Below, piece after piece: positions 27,849-38,161 of a stretch of 64,000 bases of DNA. Under the pieces are notes generated by a model. That model saw nothing but the letters and a program-made list of their open reading frames with translations, was not told the origin of the DNA and ran no database searches. Every line of letters starts with the position of its first letter. Within the stretch, counting starts at the first letter, position 1. Position numbers and translations under genes: made by a program. The DNA is from Devosia sp. (GTDB taxonomy: Bacteria; Pseudomonadota; Alphaproteobacteria; Rhizobiales; Devosiaceae), in assembly GCF_036676215.1 (NCBI RefSeq), contig NZ_JAKFDJ010000068.1, positions 65,575 to 129,574 on the forward strand. Reading direction: 5' to 3'.

Positions 27849-28742
27849 TCAGCCGATCGTCTGTGCGGCAATGGCGTAGATGCGATGCGGTGGCTGCGAC
27901 GACAATGGCCACGCCCTGCCGAGCGACATTCGCGTCACCGTGTCAAAGACGGTCAACCCACTCAGGACTAGAAGTTGCGCGAATGGGCCGTCCGTTTGCC
28001 CCGTGTCCAGTCGCACGAACGTGCCGACCCGGGATTGCAGATGCGGCATCACCACGGATATCGCGTCGTCATCATCCTTCGCAATGACCGGGCCGATGAC
28101 GGTGCCGCGGCCGAAAGGTCTCGCCAGGGCGTAGGCGGCAAGTCCGTCCTCGCGGTGGAGGACATATGCCTCGGCCTCCGCTTGGCCGAACAGCAGGGCC
28201 AAGAGCGCCGCGCGGTCCGTGCCCGTCGTCCTTCTGTCCAGCGCCAGCAGGTCGGGCAAGTCGGATCGAAGCAATGGGCGCACCGTTCCGTCTGTGACGG
28301 CGCGGGCCGCCGGGGGGGCCGCGAGCACGCCCTGGTTCTGATAGATCGTCGCCTCGTCAGCAAATCCCTGGGAACGATAGAGGCGGTGAGCAGCGCGCGT
28401 TGCATGAAGGCCGAGGGCCCGCCCGCGTGTCTGTTCCAGAACATGCTGCATCAGCCACGCGCCGCCGCCATTGGCCTGTAGTCGTGGCGAGGTGATCACC
28501 ATGCCGACCGTGGCGAAGTCGTCGCCGAAGGGGAACCACATGGCCGAAGCCTGCACACGCCCGCTCGCATCGACAGCAACGAAGCCATCGCCGTAGGAGC
28601 GCAGAAACTGCCAGTCCTCGGCGCGATGCGGCCAACCAACGCTGACCGACAGCGCGTGAAGAGCCGCAAGGTCGGCCTCCTCGACGCTCTGCCGGCTAAC
28701 GGTAAACGAGTCGAGAGCGAAAACATCATTCATGCTTGTCAT
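27849..28742 (-). CDS. GNAT N-acetyltransferase (two-domain, YitH-like)
   Basis: VGWPHRAEDW, GMVITSPRLQANGGG, LY...GF, RPFGRG.VIGPV. Confidence 0.88.
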   Translation of the reverse strand: MTSMNDVFALDSFTVSRQSVEEADLAALHALSVSVGWPHRAEDWQFLRSYGDGFVAVDASGRVQASAMWFPFGDDFATVGMVITSPRLQANGGGAWLMQHVLEQTRGRALGLHATRAAHRLYRSQGFADEATIYQNQGVLAAPPAARAVTDGTVRPLLRSDLPDLLALDRRTTGTDRAALLALLFGQAEAEAYVLHREDGLAAYALARPFGRGTVIGPVIAKDDDDAISVVMPHLQSRVGTFVRLDTGQTDGPFAQLLVLSGLTVFDTVTRMSLGRAWPLSSQPPHRIYAIAAQTIG

Positions 28743-28780
28743 CCATCGCCCGTCGGGCCCGCGAGCCTCTTTCCAATCGT

Positions 28781-30106
28781 CTAGAAATCACCGACCTCGA
28801 TCTTGGACCTGTCATGGAACCGGGACAACCGGAACGGTGTCGGATCCACGCATGGCTTATCCGAAGCAATGAGGTCGGCCGCCAGGTGCCCGATCCCGGG
28901 GCCCACGCCAAAACCGTGTCCCGAGCAACCGGTCGCCACGAACAGGCCGGCACGGCCGTCGACTTCTGAAATAAAGGGCACCGCATCGGGTGTTGAGTCG
29001 ATGTAGGCGCCCCAGGCGTCTGCAATTCCCACGGTGGCCAGCTCGGGGAACTGCGCCCTCGCCCGTGCCAGTGCCATGGCGATGACCCTTCCGTCTGCGG
29101 CCGGATCGAGAACACGAGTGCGCTCGAACGGCGTCGGCGCGTCCAGCCGCCAGCTGCCGAGCGCCTCCGGGCCCGAGAAGAACGAACTGCCAATCCCGAT
29201 CTCGACGGCCTTCAGCCGTTTCGCAAACATCGGCAGGAATTCGCGGGCGTAGCGAATGCCCTGGGGGGTCAATTCGAGCGTCGCCTTACCGCTGATGGCC
29301 AGCGTGTAGCTGCCGTCCAGGCGGCGCGTGAGGGCAAAGCCGGGTGTAAAGATTGCTTCGCCCAGGTTAGGCGCAGGCATGGTGCGTAAGGTGCTCTGCC
29401 GTACGCTGGCCTGCGGCAGGTCGATGCCATGCCAGCGCAAGAACGAGGAAGCCCAGGCACCCGCCGCGCAAAGCACTGCATTGGTACGAATTGTGCCGTG
29501 TTCCGTGACGACCCCCTGGACGGCGCCGTTGGCGAACTCCAGACCGCGAGCGGCGCAATTCTGGTGGATGGTTGCGCCATGCATGCGCGCACCCTCGGCG
29601 ATGAGGGGAGCAGCCAGTGCAGGTTCGGCCTTGCCATCCTCGATCGAATGGACGCCGCCCAGCCATCGCTTCCCGCCCGTGGGCGGCACGATGCGTGCAG
29701 CCTCGTCAGCGGAAAGCATCCGGGTGTTGACGCCGAACTGGCGGGCGGTTTCTCGCCATTTTTCCCAGGTCGCCAGCTGTTCGGGATTGTCGGTTGCGTA
29801 ATGCAGCCCACAGCGCCGGAAGCCGAGATCCTTGCCGATCTCCGTCGTCAATTCATCCCAAAGCCGCATCGAAATCCCTGACAGCGGCAGCTCGCGCGCA
29901 TCGCGGTTTTGTTGGCGGCACCAACCCCAGTTCCGGCTCGACTGCTCACAACCGACATAGCCCTTCTCCAGCAAGGCCACCGACAAGCCGCGCCGCGCCA
30001 GAAAGTAGGCCGTGCTGGTGCCCACGATCCCGCCGCCGATCACGACGACATCCGCCGATGGCGGCAGAGCTTCATTGCTGCTGATGCGGTGGGTGACGGG
30101 CGACAT
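28781..30106 (-). CDS. FAD-dependent oxidoreductase (DAO / D-amino acid dehydrogenase family)
   Basis: VVIGGGIVG, EQSSRNWGWCRQQ, WGAYIDSTPD, GCSGHGFG. Confidence 0.92.
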   Translation of the reverse strand: MSPVTHRISSNEALPPSADVVVIGGGIVGTSTAYFLARRGLSVALLEKGYVGCEQSSRNWGWCRQQNRDARELPLSGISMRLWDELTTEIGKDLGFRRCGLHYATDNPEQLATWEKWRETARQFGVNTRMLSADEAARIVPPTGGKRWLGGVHSIEDGKAEPALAAPLIAEGARMHGATIHQNCAARGLEFANGAVQGVVTEHGTIRTNAVLCAAGAWASSFLRWHGIDLPQASVRQSTLRTMPAPNLGEAIFTPGFALTRRLDGSYTLAISGKATLELTPQGIRYAREFLPMFAKRLKAVEIGIGSSFFSGPEALGSWRLDAPTPFERTRVLDPAADGRVIAMALARARAQFPELATVGIADAWGAYIDSTPDAVPFISEVDGRAGLFVATGCSGHGFGVGPGIGHLAADLIASDKPCVDPTPFRLSRFHDRSKIEVGDF

Positions 30107-30287
30107 GGCAGGCCTTGGTCTATACTAGTCAGTGCCCAGCAGTATCCCCAATCAGCGCCGCAGAATGCGCCGATTGCGACTCCATTTCGGTATATTTCAC
30201 CGATTTGTCCCGCGCATTTGGCGGGTGATACACGTCAGGCGCCCGTACCGTCCCCTCAGCTGACAAACAGCGCATGAAGGGGCCGAC

Positions 30288-31412
30288 GTGACCGCCGAAG
30301 AAATCCTTGCGCGCCTTGTTTCCTTTCCGAGTGTTGCCGGCCGGCCCAATGGCGAGATGGTGGACTGGATCAAGCACTATGCGGAAGGCTGTGGCGCCAC
30401 CGCAACCGTCCTGCCCGGCCCCGAAGGCGATCGCGCCAACCTGTTCGCAACGGTCGGCCCGCGGGACGTGCCGGGTTATGTGCTGTCCGGACATATGGAC
30501 GTGGTGCCGGCGGACGAGCCTGGATGGGTGACTGACCCGTTCCAACTGGTGCGCAGCGGCGATCGCCTCTATGGCCGGGGCACCAGCGACATGAAGGGCT
30601 TCCTTGCGGCCGCCCTGGCGGCCCTGGCCAGCCTTGGCCAGGAGCCACTCGTGCGCCCCCTTCACCTGGCCTTTTCCTACGACGAGGAAATCGGTTGCCG
30701 GGGCGTGCCTCATCTCATCGCTCGGCTGACCGAGCTCTGCGCGCCTCCGCTTGGCTGCGTCATCGGGGAGCCGAGCGGACTGACACCGGTTCGCGCGCAT
30801 AAAGGCAAGGCTGCGGCCCGGCTCACCATAACCGGGCGACCCGGGCATTCGTCGAGACCGGATCAGGGACTGAACGCCATTCATGCCGCGGTCGGCGTGC
30901 TGCAACGGGCGGTGGATGCCGCTGACCACCTGAGGCTTGGGCCGCTCGACGCGCGGTTTGCTCCGCCCTATTCCTCGCTTCAGGTTGGCGTCATTCATGG
31001 CGGCGAAGCGGTCAATATCATCCCCGAGACCTGCTCGGTCGAGGTGGAAGCGCGGGCCATCGCCGGTGTCGATCCAGTCGATCTGCTCGAGCCAATTCGC
31101 GAGTGTGCCGCATTGCTCGCGGCGGACGGCTTCGGCGCGGAATGGTCGCTGCTGTCAAGTTACCCGGCGCTGGCTCCGCGAGGAAACGAAGAGCTGGCGG
31201 CCCTGCTGTCGCGCCTCACCGGGAATAAACCGATCCTTGCCGTCAGCTATGGCACGGAGGCCGGCCTGTTCCAGGCCGCGGGCCTGCCGGCCATCATCTG
31301 CGGTCCCGGCGACATTGCTCGCGCCCACAAGCCTAACGAGTACATCGAGGCCGGCGAGCTTGCCGCCGCGCAACGGATGATCGAGGGGCTGGGCGCATAC
31401 TTGCGATCCTGA
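30288..31412 (+). CDS. argE: Acetylornithine deacetylase family (M20)
   Basis: LSGHMDVVP, GRGTSDMKGF, SYDEEIGC, GEPS, HKGK, GHSS, AHKPNE. Confidence 0.9.
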   Translation: MTAEEILARLVSFPSVAGRPNGEMVDWIKHYAEGCGATATVLPGPEGDRANLFATVGPRDVPGYVLSGHMDVVPADEPGWVTDPFQLVRSGDRLYGRGTSDMKGFLAAALAALASLGQEPLVRPLHLAFSYDEEIGCRGVPHLIARLTELCAPPLGCVIGEPSGLTPVRAHKGKAAARLTITGRPGHSSRPDQGLNAIHAAVGVLQRAVDAADHLRLGPLDARFAPPYSSLQVGVIHGGEAVNIIPETCSVEVEARAIAGVDPVDLLEPIRECAALLAADGFGAEWSLLSSYPALAPRGNEELAALLSRLTGNKPILAVSYGTEAGLFQAAGLPAIICGPGDIARAHKPNEYIEAGELAAAQRMIEGLGAYLRS

Positions 31413-31514
31413 GGCGCCCAACTCGAAGCGATCTGCCGCCTGAACAGGCGCATTCGGCGCAATCTACTGCCATGCAGGACCATGATAGCGGGCGGGAACC
31501 GAAAGGACCGGGCG

Positions 31515-32438
31515 ATGGCCTTCTTATTCAACTCGGATGCTGAACGGGCGAAGGTCTTTGCCAATGCGTTCGCCCATGCCCTGCCCCATCAGCGGTTCTT
31601 GACTCCTGCCGAGGCGTTCGATCCCGCAGACGTGCGCTACCTGCTGACCTGGACGGTACCCGACGACATCGAGCGCTATGCCAACCTCGAAGTGCTGTTC
31701 TCGATCGGGGCCGGCGTCGACCAGATCGAACCTGCCAGCTTGCCACCAAACATCAAGCTCGTCCGCATGGTCGAGGATGGCATCGTGCGCATGATGCAGG
31801 AATATGTGACACTTGCGGTCCTCGCCCTACACCGCGACCTGCCCGGCTATCTGAGCCAGCAAGCGGGCGGCGTCTGGGGTGTGCGGCCGGTGCGGCAGGC
31901 GCCCGATTGCCAGGTGAGCGTGCTCGGTCTCGGTGTCTTGGCCACTGCAGTGCTCGACCGGCTCGAACCCTTCGGCTTTATCCGACAGGGCTGGAGCAGG
32001 TCGGCGCGGGACATTGCCGGGGTCAACTGCTTCAACGGCCCCGAGCAACTCACCCAGCTTTTGGCCCAGACCGACATTCTCGTCTGCCTCTTGCCGCTCA
32101 CATCCGAAACGCGCGGCATTCTCAATGCCGAGCTGTTCTCCCGGCTGCCGCGCGGCGCCGGTTTGGTGCATGTCGGGCGCGGCCCGCAGCTCGACCATGA
32201 TGCGTTGATCGGGGCGCTCGACAGCGGACAACTGGCGGGCGCGGTGATCGATGTGACCGATCCCGAACCGCTGCCGGCCGACCATGAACTCTGGCGCCAC
32301 CCCAAGGTGATCGTTACCCCGCACATCGCCAGCGTGACCCAGCCACAAACCGCCGCACGCGCGGTGATCGACAATATCGGCCGCCACGAAGCGGGCCTCG
32401 CCCCGCTCGGCCTCGTCGACCGTGACCGCGGTTACTGA
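31515..32438 (+). CDS. ghrA: Glyoxylate/hydroxypyruvate reductase A-like 2-hydroxyacid dehydrogenase
   Basis: GAGVD, GWSRS, LLPLT.ET, VGRG, DV..PEPLP, TPHIAS. Confidence 0.85.
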   Translation: MAFLFNSDAERAKVFANAFAHALPHQRFLTPAEAFDPADVRYLLTWTVPDDIERYANLEVLFSIGAGVDQIEPASLPPNIKLVRMVEDGIVRMMQEYVTLAVLALHRDLPGYLSQQAGGVWGVRPVRQAPDCQVSVLGLGVLATAVLDRLEPFGFIRQGWSRSARDIAGVNCFNGPEQLTQLLAQTDILVCLLPLTSETRGILNAELFSRLPRGAGLVHVGRGPQLDHDALIGALDSGQLAGAVIDVTDPEPLPADHELWRHPKVIVTPHIASVTQPQTAARAVIDNIGRHEAGLAPLGLVDRDRGY

Positions 32439-32462
32439 CCTCCAACAATGAAGGACGACACG

Positions 32463-32816
32463 ATGACGCTTCTAAAGACCATTGATCCGAGCCCCGCCTT
32501 CGAGCCCAAGCTTGCGACGCCCGGACCAGAGCGCCTCATTTCGGGCTCCCCCGCCTTCAGAACCTGGGCCCAGGACAGCGCCAGGGACGGAACGGTCAAC
32601 ACAGGCGTCTGGGAAGCTACGCCCGGCGAGACGCATTCGATCAAGGGGGAAACCTTCGAATTCTGCCACATCCTTGAGGGCGTGGTCGAGCTGACCGAGG
32701 CGGGCAAGCAACCCGTGATCTACCGGGCCGGCGACAGCTTCGTGATGAAGCCCGGCTATGTGGGCGTGTGGAAGACGATCGAGACCGTGCGCAAGATTTA
32801 CGTAACGGTCGGCTGA
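32463..32816 (+). CDS. Cupin domain protein (DUF861/EutQ-like)
   Basis: GVWEATPG, EFCHILEG, AGDSFV..PG..G.W...ET.RKIY. Confidence 0.9.
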   Translation: MTLLKTIDPSPAFEPKLATPGPERLISGSPAFRTWAQDSARDGTVNTGVWEATPGETHSIKGETFEFCHILEGVVELTEAGKQPVIYRAGDSFVMKPGYVGVWKTIETVRKIYVTVG

Positions 32817-32840
32817 TCCGCGGACTGGAGGCAAGCCCCA

Positions 32841-34304
32841 ATGTCGCTTAGTTTCGATCCCGACAGTCTCAACCTTCCGGCCGGTCACTTCGTCGGCGGC
32901 GCCTATCTTCGTGCCGAGGGCGTGCTGCCGATGCATCGGCCCTCGGACGGCAAGGCCTTTGGGGCCTGCCCCGTTGCTTCGGCCGAACTCGTCGATCAAG
33001 CGGTGGTGACCGCAAAGGTCGCGTTACGCGAAAGCGGCTGGGCGACTTGCCCGCCACGCCAGCGCACCAAGATCCTGCATCGCTGGGCCGACCTCATCGA
33101 AACGGAGGCCGTCACCCTGGCGCGGCTGGAGGCATTTTGCTCAACCCGACCTGTCGGGGAACTGATCGACGGCGACATCGCCGCGACCGCCGAGCAAATC
33201 CGCTTCTTTGCCGAGTTTGCCGACAAGGAAGGTAGCGAGCTGGTGCCAACAGGCGCGGCCAGCCTGGGCATGGTGATGAGCGAGCCCTATGGCATCGTCG
33301 GCGCCATAACCCCCTGGAACGTGCCGCTGTCCATGGCCGGCTGGAAGCTGGGACCGGCCCTCGCCGCCGGCAATGCCGTGGTGATCAAGCCTTCCGAGAT
33401 GACGCCGTACTCGACCCTGCTCATGGCGGAACTCGCCGAACGCGCCGGTCTGCCATCCGGCCTGATCAACGTCGTGCTCGGCGATGGGCCGACGACGGGG
33501 GCCGCCATTACCGGTCATCCCGACATTGCCAAGGTCAGCTTTACCGGGTCGACCGGAGCGGGGGCGGCCATCCTGGCCAACATCGCGGCGACCGGCATCA
33601 AGCCCATGACACTGGAGCTCGGCGGCAAGAGCCCGCAACTGGTATTTTCCGACGCCGACCTCGATCAAGCCATCAATGCCATCGCCAGCAGCATCCTCTC
33701 CAATGCCGGGCAGGCCTGCGTGGCCGGATCTCGACTGATCGTCGCGGAAAGCGTCGCCGATCGGGTTATCGCGGGCATCCTTGCCCGCATGGAGGCAGTG
33801 CACGCCGCGCCCACCTGGGACGAGACCAGCAGGTATTCTCCCATCATCTCCGAGCGCCAGCGCCTGCGCATTGGACAGGTCGTTCGCGCCACAATCGCGG
33901 CAGGCGCCGAATGCCTGACCGGCGGCAGCGAAATGGATCATCCGGGTTATTTCTATCAGCCGACATTGCTGGCAGGCGTCGAGCAAGCCTCGCCGGCGGT
34001 GCAGGACGAGATCTTTGGCCCGGTGCTGACCGTGCAAACCTTCCGCGAGGAAGACGAGGCTTTGGCGCTCGCCGATCACCCAACCTATGGCCTAGCGGCT
34101 GGCCTGTTCACCCGCGACCTGTCCCGGGCGCTGCGCTGCACGCATGCGCTGCAGGCCGGCACGATCTGGGTCAATCGCTATGGCCGCTCGCGCGACCACA
34201 TCCTGCCCACCGGTGGCTACAAGCGCTCCGGCATCGGCAAGGACCTTGGCCGCGAGGCCTATCTCGCCAACCGAAAAACCAAAAGCGTCCTGATCGCACT
34301 GTGA
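32841..34304 (+). CDS. Aldehyde dehydrogenase (PuuC/BADH-like)
   Basis: ITPWN, KPSE, FTGST, LELGGKSP, NAGQAC, EIFGPV. Confidence 0.94.
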   Translation: MSLSFDPDSLNLPAGHFVGGAYLRAEGVLPMHRPSDGKAFGACPVASAELVDQAVVTAKVALRESGWATCPPRQRTKILHRWADLIETEAVTLARLEAFCSTRPVGELIDGDIAATAEQIRFFAEFADKEGSELVPTGAASLGMVMSEPYGIVGAITPWNVPLSMAGWKLGPALAAGNAVVIKPSEMTPYSTLLMAELAERAGLPSGLINVVLGDGPTTGAAITGHPDIAKVSFTGSTGAGAAILANIAATGIKPMTLELGGKSPQLVFSDADLDQAINAIASSILSNAGQACVAGSRLIVAESVADRVIAGILARMEAVHAAPTWDETSRYSPIISERQRLRIGQVVRATIAAGAECLTGGSEMDHPGYFYQPTLLAGVEQASPAVQDEIFGPVLTVQTFREEDEALALADHPTYGLAAGLFTRDLSRALRCTHALQAGTIWVNRYGRSRDHILPTGGYKRSGIGKDLGREAYLANRKTKSVLIAL

Positions 34305-34310
34305 GGAAAA

Positions 34311-35354
34311 ATGAAGGTCTATTCTATAGCGCTGCTTCCTGGTGACGGCATCGGCCCCGACGTGACCGCTGCCGCCTGGCAGGTGCTGGAGGCGGTAGCG
34401 CGCAGCGCCGATTTCAAACTCCAGGGCACGTCCCTGCCCTGGTCATGCGACCACTATCTCCAGACGGGCGCGATGATGCCCGACGACGGTATCGAGACCT
34501 TGCACGGCTTCGACGCGATCCTGCTTGGTGCCGTTGGCTGGCCCGAGAAGGTCCCGGACGCCATCTCGCTGCATGGCCTGCTGCTGCCGATCCGCAAATC
34601 CTTCCAGCAATACGCCAATATTCGTCCTCACCGGCTGCTTCCAGGGGTGGAAGGACCGTTGCGAAAGGCGCAGTTCGACATTCTGTGCATCCGCGAGAAC
34701 ACCGAAGGCGAGTATTCGGGCGCCGGCGGCCGGGTGCATCAGGGCACGGACAACGAGGTTGCGATCGAGACCGCGATCTTTACCCGCATGGGGGTCGAAC
34801 GCATCCTGCGCTTCGCATTCGAGCAGGCTCGGCGGCGACGCGGCAAACTCGCTTCGGTCACCAAATCGAACGCCCAGCGCCACTCCATGGTGTTCTGGGA
34901 CGAAGTGACCCGCGAACTCGCCGGCGAATACCCTGATGTCGAGGTCACGAGCTACCACATCGACGCCATGGCCGCGCGCATCGTCATGGCGCCGGAAAGC
35001 CTCGATGTGGTCGTTGCCTCGAACCTTTTCGGCGACGTGCTGACCGACCTCGGAGCGGCAATCCAGGGTGGGTTGGGTTTCGCCGCTTCCGCCAACATCA
35101 ATCCCGGCCGCGATGCGCCGTCCATGTTCGAGCCGGTCCACGGCTCGGCTCCCGATATCGCGCATCTGGGCATTGCCAATCCGATCGCGGCCATCTGGTC
35201 GGCATCCATGATGCTCGATCACCTGGGCGAAACCGCAGCGGCGGCTCGAATCATGACGGCTCTGGAAGCTGTGACTTCGCGCGGCATCGGCACCGTTCCC
35301 GGCAAAAACAAGACAGACGAGATCACCAAAGCCGTCCTGGCGGCGTTGGATTGA
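34311..35354 (+). CDS. Tartrate / D-malate dehydrogenase (decarboxylating) family
   Basis: PGDGIGP, RENTEGEYSG, TKSNA, SNLFGD.L.DL, FEPVHGSAPDIA, ANP. Confidence 0.9.
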   Translation: MKVYSIALLPGDGIGPDVTAAAWQVLEAVARSADFKLQGTSLPWSCDHYLQTGAMMPDDGIETLHGFDAILLGAVGWPEKVPDAISLHGLLLPIRKSFQQYANIRPHRLLPGVEGPLRKAQFDILCIRENTEGEYSGAGGRVHQGTDNEVAIETAIFTRMGVERILRFAFEQARRRRGKLASVTKSNAQRHSMVFWDEVTRELAGEYPDVEVTSYHIDAMAARIVMAPESLDVVVASNLFGDVLTDLGAAIQGGLGFAASANINPGRDAPSMFEPVHGSAPDIAHLGIANPIAAIWSASMMLDHLGETAAAARIMTALEAVTSRGIGTVPGKNKTDEITKAVLAALD

Positions 35355-35368
35355 AACGGAGAATGACA

Positions 35369-36826
35369 ATGGAAGCTCTGAACGACCCCGAACTGTTCCG
35401 CCAGCAGGCGCTGATCGGCGGGGAATGGCTTGTCGCGGAATCGGGCAAGACCGTTGCGGTCACCGACCCGGCGAGCGGGCAAACGATCGGGACCATCCCC
35501 GATCTCGGTCGCGACGAAACGCGCCGGGCCATCGAAGCTGCCGAGAGCGCCTTTGCAAGCTTCCGGCGCACCACCAATGCCGAGCGCGCAGCAATGCTCG
35601 AAGCCTGGTACGATCTGATCCTCGCCAACAAGGAAGACCTTGCCCGCATCATGACGCTGGAGCAGGGCAAGCCCCTGGCCGAAGCGCGTGGCGAGATCGT
35701 CTACACGGCCTCGTTCGTCAAATGGTACGCCGAAGAAGCCCGGCGCATCGGCGGGACGACCATTCCCGCGCCACAGCGCGATCGACGCATTCTGGTGCTC
35801 AAGGAACCGGTCGGCGTTGCGGCGGTCATCACGCCGTGGAACTTCCCGGCCGCCATGATCACTCGCAAGGTTGCTCCGGCCATAGCCGCCGGCTGCACCA
35901 CGGTGATCAAGCCTTCCGAGTTCACGCCCTATTCCGCCCTCGCGCTGGCGGTCTTGGCCGAGCGGGCGGGAATCCCCGCCGGCGTGATCAACGTCGTCAC
36001 CGGTTTGCCGGCCGAAATCGGCACGGAACTGACCGGCAACGGCGCCGTCCGCAAAATCTCCTTCACCGGCTCCACACGGGTCGGGGCGTTGCTGATGCGA
36101 CAGGCCTCCGACAGCATCAAGAAGCTCAGCCTCGAACTCGGCGGCAACGCGCCTTTCATTGTCTTTGATGACGCTGATATCGACATGGCGGTCGAAGGCG
36201 TCGTCGCCTCCAAGTTCCGCAATGGCGGTCAGACCTGTGTGTGCGCGAACCGGATCCTGGTGCAGAACGGCATTTACGACAGCTTCGCGCAAAAGCTCGC
36301 CGAACGCGTTTCCGCTCTTAAGGTCGGCGCAGGGTTCGATGAAGGCACCCAGATCGGTCCGATGATCAACCGGGCCGCTGTCGACAAGATCGAGCGTCAC
36401 ATCGAGGACGCGCTCGCCAAGGGTGCGCGTGTGCTCGGCACTCGCCCCACCTTGCCAAAGGGTGACCAATACGCGTCCCCGGTTGTGCTGGGCGATGCCA
36501 CCACGGACATGCTCCTGGCGAACGAGGAAACCTTCGGTCCGGTCGCCCCCCTCTTCCGGTTCAACACCGACGCGGAGGCAATCGAGATTGCCAATGCGAC
36601 GCCGTTTGGCCTAGCCGCCTACTTCTACACCCAGAGCCTGAAACGCGCCTGGAGCGTTGGCGAGGCGCTGGAATTTGGCATGGTCGGGCTGAATACGGGG
36701 CTGATCTCGACCGAGGTCGCGCCATTCGGTGGTGTCAAGCAATCCGGCGTGGGCCGCGAAGGCGGGCAGGCCGGTATCGAGGAATATCTCGAGATGAAGA
36801 GCTTCCACATCGCGGGCCTGGACTGA
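35369..36826 (+). CDS. gabD: NAD(P)-dependent succinate-semialdehyde dehydrogenase
   Basis: EQGKPLAEA.GE, TPWNFPAAMITRK, ELGGNAPF, KFRNGGQTCVC, EETFGP, PFGGVKQSG.GREG. Confidence 0.93.
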   Translation: MEALNDPELFRQQALIGGEWLVAESGKTVAVTDPASGQTIGTIPDLGRDETRRAIEAAESAFASFRRTTNAERAAMLEAWYDLILANKEDLARIMTLEQGKPLAEARGEIVYTASFVKWYAEEARRIGGTTIPAPQRDRRILVLKEPVGVAAVITPWNFPAAMITRKVAPAIAAGCTTVIKPSEFTPYSALALAVLAERAGIPAGVINVVTGLPAEIGTELTGNGAVRKISFTGSTRVGALLMRQASDSIKKLSLELGGNAPFIVFDDADIDMAVEGVVASKFRNGGQTCVCANRILVQNGIYDSFAQKLAERVSALKVGAGFDEGTQIGPMINRAAVDKIERHIEDALAKGARVLGTRPTLPKGDQYASPVVLGDATTDMLLANEETFGPVAPLFRFNTDAEAIEIANATPFGLAAYFYTQSLKRAWSVGEALEFGMVGLNTGLISTEVAPFGGVKQSGVGREGGQAGIEEYLEMKSFHIAGLD

Positions 36827-36873
36827 CACAGGCCTTGCCGGGCCGCTCCACGCGGCCCGGCAACACAATGGTC

Positions 36874-38151
36874 TTATCGGATCTTGTCCTGAAGCCGGTA
36901 CCAGAGGCCGACCGCCGGCAGAAACCAGGGCGTCCCGGAATAGAGGGGAAGCGCGGGCCAGGCCAGTCCCCGGAACGGATTGCGGTCCTCGCGACCCAGC
37001 AGAATGTCGGCCATTACCTCGCCCATATGGACCGACATATGCGTGCCGTGCCCCGAATAGCCCATAGCGTAGTGGAGCCCATCGAGCATGCCCGCCCTTG
37101 GGTAACGGTCCTGGGTCATGTCGACCAGGCCGCCCCAGCAGTAGTCGATCCCAACATCGGCGAGGTGGGGGAAAATGCGCGCCAGGCTTGCCTGCAGGAC
37201 GGCGCCGCTCTTGGCATCCGAGCGTTGGTCCACCCGAGCGGAGAAACGGGCCCGCCCGCCAAAGATCAAGCGCCTGTCGGGCGAGAGACGGAAATAGTTG
37301 CCGATATTCATGGACGTGACATAGGTGCGATCGCCAGGCACCGTTGCCTCAACCTCGGCTTGGGTCAGCGGCCGCGTCGCGATGAGAAAGCTGCCCACCG
37401 GGATGATGCGGCGGCGTAGTGCCGCGAACGGCCCGGACGTATAGGCGCCCGTTGCAATGAGAACCTGGTCGGCCAGCACCGCGCCGCGGGCCGTGGTCAG
37501 GCGATGCCGTCCCGCCTCGCGGGTGCGCGCGATCACGGCCGCGTCCTCGAAGATAACGGCTCCGGCGCGCTTGGCCGTGTCGGCGAGGCCAGTGACAAAG
37601 CGGCCCATATGCATCATCGCCGCCTTGCGCGAGAGCATGGCGCCATGGAAGCCCGGCGATCCGATCTCGCCTTTCAGTTCGTCGGCGCCAAGGAGCGCCG
37701 TCTCGGGGTCGGCCTCGGCATTGAGGGCAACGAAATTGCGCGCAATACTGTCGAAATGCTCGCGTTTTGACGCGAGTTTCAGTTTGCCACACCGGCGGAA
37801 GGCGCAGTCGATGCCTTCCTCGGTGACCAGCCTTTCGACCGTGTCGACAGCGTCGTCGAAGGCCCGATAGAGCGCGACGGCTTTGTCGGTGCCGAACTCG
37901 GCCTTGGCCGCCAGATAGCTGTGGGCAAGGCCGTTATTGATGTGCCCGCCGTTGCGGCCCGAGGCGCCGCCACCGACCCGGCCGGCCTCGAGTACGACGA
38001 CGGTGGCGCCACCCTTGGCCAAGCGACGGGCGGCCGCCAAACCGGTGAAACCGCCCCCTATTATCGCGACGTCAAACCGTCCCTCGACCGGCCCCTTGCG
38101 GGGACTGTCGAAGGGCGTCGCGCTGTCCTGCCAGTACGAAACAAAGCGCAT
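36874..38151 (-). CDS. FAD-dependent oxidoreductase (PuuB/OrdL-like amine oxidase)
   Basis: SYW.DS, IIGGGFTG, GASGRNGG, YFR...D.RLIFGG, GYSGHG. Confidence 0.9.
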   Translation of the reverse strand: MRFVSYWQDSATPFDSPRKGPVEGRFDVAIIGGGFTGLAAARRLAKGGATVVVLEAGRVGGGASGRNGGHINNGLAHSYLAAKAEFGTDKAVALYRAFDDAVDTVERLVTEEGIDCAFRRCGKLKLASKREHFDSIARNFVALNAEADPETALLGADELKGEIGSPGFHGAMLSRKAAMMHMGRFVTGLADTAKRAGAVIFEDAAVIARTREAGRHRLTTARGAVLADQVLIATGAYTSGPFAALRRRIIPVGSFLIATRPLTQAEVEATVPGDRTYVTSMNIGNYFRLSPDRRLIFGGRARFSARVDQRSDAKSGAVLQASLARIFPHLADVGIDYCWGGLVDMTQDRYPRAGMLDGLHYAMGYSGHGTHMSVHMGEVMADILLGREDRNPFRGLAWPALPLYSGTPWFLPAVGLWYRLQDKIR

Positions 38152-38161
38152 GATGTCAGCT